Shown here: piece by piece, positions 61,955 to 64,000 of the stretch
Position numbering within the stretch: position 1 is the stretch's first letter
Layout of the letters: the number at the start of each line of letters is the position of its first letter
Assembly (NCBI GenBank): GCA_965219995.1
Contig: CBDCOX010000002.1
Coordinates: 320,001 to 384,000, forward strand
From: Candidatus Latescibacterota bacterium
GTDB taxonomy: Bacteria > Latescibacterota > UBA2968 > GCA-2709665
Direction: 5' to 3'
Length of the DNA stretch: 64,000 bases
Notes under the pieces: generated by a model
Databases searched by the model: none
Told to the model about the DNA's origin: nothing
Seen by the model: the letters and a program-made list of their open reading frames with translations, nothing else
Translations under genes and position numbers: made by a program

Positions 61955-64000
61955 ATGTCGAAAGAGGCAATATACGTCGTTCCGTTTTCGCGATTGACGC
62001 TCTTTGGGTTGGGAGACAAAGAGGCGTGTCTGTCTCGCGGCGCGCAGATTATCGCACGGGTTCTGCGATTGTTGGAGGCCAGGGACGACTTCAGGTTCCT
62101 TATTGAAAATCCGGTTCATCTAAGCGCTTTTCTTGAGAAGCATCCCGACGCCGCGGATCGGGTCCGGGGCGCGGTTTCCGAGGGCCGCCTGGAGTTGGGC
62201 GCCGGCTGGACCCAGATGGATCACCGGCTGTCCGCGGGCGAAGACCTGGTTCGGAATCTGCTCTACGGAAAGTCCTTCGTTCGTGATACGCTTGGCGTCG
62301 ACCCGACCGTTGTGAATCTGGGTGACGGGCGGGGCACAACTTCGCAATACGTTCAGGTTGCCGTCAAGTGTGGTGTCGAACTCGTCGTCCTCCTGGGCAA
62401 CGGGCGGAATCAAGACGTCCTGTGCCGCTGGCCGGGGCCGGACGGATCGCGGGTGATCTGTTGGGACGCTCTGGGCGGCGGACACCTGCTCTGGGAAGCC
62501 AGTCGGGGAACGCCGCAGTCCAGGCGGGCCGCAAACGACGCCATTGCCGGCTGGCGTGAAACGCATAATGGCGGGTTGGCGCTGCACTGGGGCGGGCTGA
62601 TGGTTCAGCCCAACGAAGAAACGCTGGCGCAGCTTGAAGCGTGGGCGGAAGAACAGGACGTCGAGCTTAAGTTGGAGACCCCCTCGGGCATTCTCCCGCA
62701 ATCCCGGACAATGGCACAGCTCACAGAGGTGCGCCGGCAGAATTCGCCCGGAGGACCGCATCCGGAGCCGGTGTTTCCCGAAACGGCGCCGCTGAACGAT
62801 CCAGCCGTCCGCGGGCTGCTGCGGGCGGAGCAGATGGCGGCAATCGCGGAGACGTTTCTTGAGTCGGAATATCCCGGAAAGGCTCTGAAGGCGGCCTGGC
62901 TGCGTCAACTCGAGGCAACGTCGTACCGCTTCAACGGCGCGGCGGCGAAGGAGGGGCTGGAACGGAGGCGGAGCGACCAGCAGGGCGTCATCGACACGGC
63001 GGGTCGTATTTCACGGAACGCAGAGGGGGTGATCGCAGAGCGGATCATTCCCCGCGACGGTCCGGACGGCAGATTGCCCATTGTGGTGTTCAATCCGTTA
63101 TCCTGGCCGCGCACCGACCTGGTGGAAGCGCACGTCACGTTTTACGGTGAAGTGGAGGCGACTGACTTTGCCCGTTACGAAACGTACAGGCTGGTGGATG
63201 CTTCCGGGCGTCCGGTGCCGTTCCAGGAACTGGCGGGAAGGCAGACGGAGACGGCCGAGATACGCCTGGTCTTCGCGGCGCGGGAGGTTCCGGCCAACGG
63301 CTACACAACGTACTATCTGATTCCGGGTGTTACGGAAACGCAGCCGCTCGTTGGCATTCAGCCGCCGGAGATGATGGCGCCGGGACAGATGGCGCCTGAA
63401 TTCCCGGAGCCTTCCTTCGTTCTGGAGGACGTCGAAGACCGCGTGTCCCAAGCATATGGGGGTGTGCGAATCGGCCGCCGGTTCAGGACGGCATCCATCG
63501 ACCTCGAAGTCGACGAAATCACCGGTTGGGTGCGGGTGTCGGACCGAGCCACCGGTGCATTGCTGGTTGACGGCATTCATCTTGCCGGGACGGAGGAGGC
63601 GCTGACCGACGGATGCGCGGTGACGGGAAGGCGGTTCGAGATGGCCGTCGAACGCGTCGATCTCGAAGAAAGCGGCGAGGTCCGGGCAACGGTGCTGGTC
63701 GCCGGGAAGCTGCTGTCGTCTCCCTGTGAGATCAGGTACCGGCTTTACGGCGAACCGGACCGTGTGGACGTGGACCTCCGGCTCCAATGGCGCGATGCGA
63801 AGCCGGTGCGGGTGCAGATGGTCTTCCCGGCCGCCGGTGATACCATCCGGTACGGAACGCCGCACGGACAACAGTTGCTCGAGCAAGACGAGCAAGGGGA
63901 TGATTCATCCGAAGTCAGGCGGGTCTGCCAGGGATGGGTGGCCGTGGAAGGACCGGACACGGGCTTCGTGCTGGCCTCGGACCGGAAGGCGTTTCAGTTC
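61955..64000 (+). CDS. GH38 (alpha-mannosidase)-fold protein with degenerate active site, 3' truncated by window
   Basis: Translated by hand from ATG 61955: IYVVPFS, GRLELGAGW, GEDLVRNLLYG, W.GPDGS, VVFNPLSWPR, VPANGY; absent from the ORF track, consistent with no stop before the window end; promoter TTTACA-N17-TATCAT at 61861-61889. Confidence 0.75.
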   Translation, partial: MSKEAIYVVPFSRLTLFGLGDKEACLSRGAQIIARVLRLLEARDDFRFLIENPVHLSAFLEKHPDAADRVRGAVSEGRLELGAGWTQMDHRLSAGEDLVRNLLYGKSFVRDTLGVDPTVVNLGDGRGTTSQYVQVAVKCGVELVVLLGNGRNQDVLCRWPGPDGSRVICWDALGGGHLLWEASRGTPQSRRAANDAIAGWRETHNGGLALHWGGLMVQPNEETLAQLEAWAEEQDVELKLETPSGILPQSRTMAQLTEVRRQNSPGGPHPEPVFPETAPLNDPAVRGLLRAEQMAAIAETFLESEYPGKALKAAWLRQLEATSYRFNGAAAKEGLERRRSDQQGVIDTAGRISRNAEGVIAERIIPRDGPDGRLPIVVFNPLSWPRTDLVEAHVTFYGEVEATDFARYETYRLVDASGRPVPFQELAGRQTETAEIRLVFAAREVPANGYTTYYLIPGVTETQPLVGIQPPEMMAPGQMAPEFPEPSFVLEDVEDRVSQAYGGVRIGRRFRTASIDLEVDEITGWVRVSDRATGALLVDGIHLAGTEEALTDGCAVTGRRFEMAVERVDLEESGEVRATVLVAGKLLSSPCEIRYRLYGEPDRVDVDLRLQWRDAKPVRVQMVFPAAGDTIRYGTPHGQQLLEQDEQGDDSSEVRRVCQGWVAVEGPDTGFVLASDRKAFQF

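Overview
GC-rich bacterial chromosomal window. Gene order and protein style suggest the FCB superphylum, possibly Ca. Latescibacterota-like (inference only). About half of it (3.8-35 kb) is the core transcription/translation supercluster: tRNA-Tyr, tRNA-Gly, tRNA-Thr, rpmG, tRNA-Trp, secE-nusG-rplKAJL-rpoBC, and the str, S10, spc and alpha operons. There is no tufB, adk, map or infA at the usual positions. The left end carries a plant-like threonine synthase and a plant-like cystathionine gamma-synthase. Between them lie a promoter, a SAM-II riboswitch and a clear terminator/antiterminator switch. The right half holds housekeeping and metabolic genes: rlmD, greA, a DapA-family enzyme, adk, a propeller-PP2C sensor, folD, large purL, an aldo/keto reductase, rbsK, bamD-nadD, zapA, a GT2, an MFS transporter, a D-2-hydroxyacid dehydrogenase with DUF1015, an M24 peptidase, EamA and a degenerate GH38. 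Notable points are at least two families of small non-autonomous repeats/MITEs (one found at TAG stop codons inside ribosomal operons), an array of 9-mer triplet repeats splitting the tRNA cluster, a candidate 6S-like ncRNA, and natural substitutions at antibiotic-target residues of RpoB and RpsL. No CRISPR array, rRNA, transposase or prophage was seen. All family assignments were made by eye; no database search was run.
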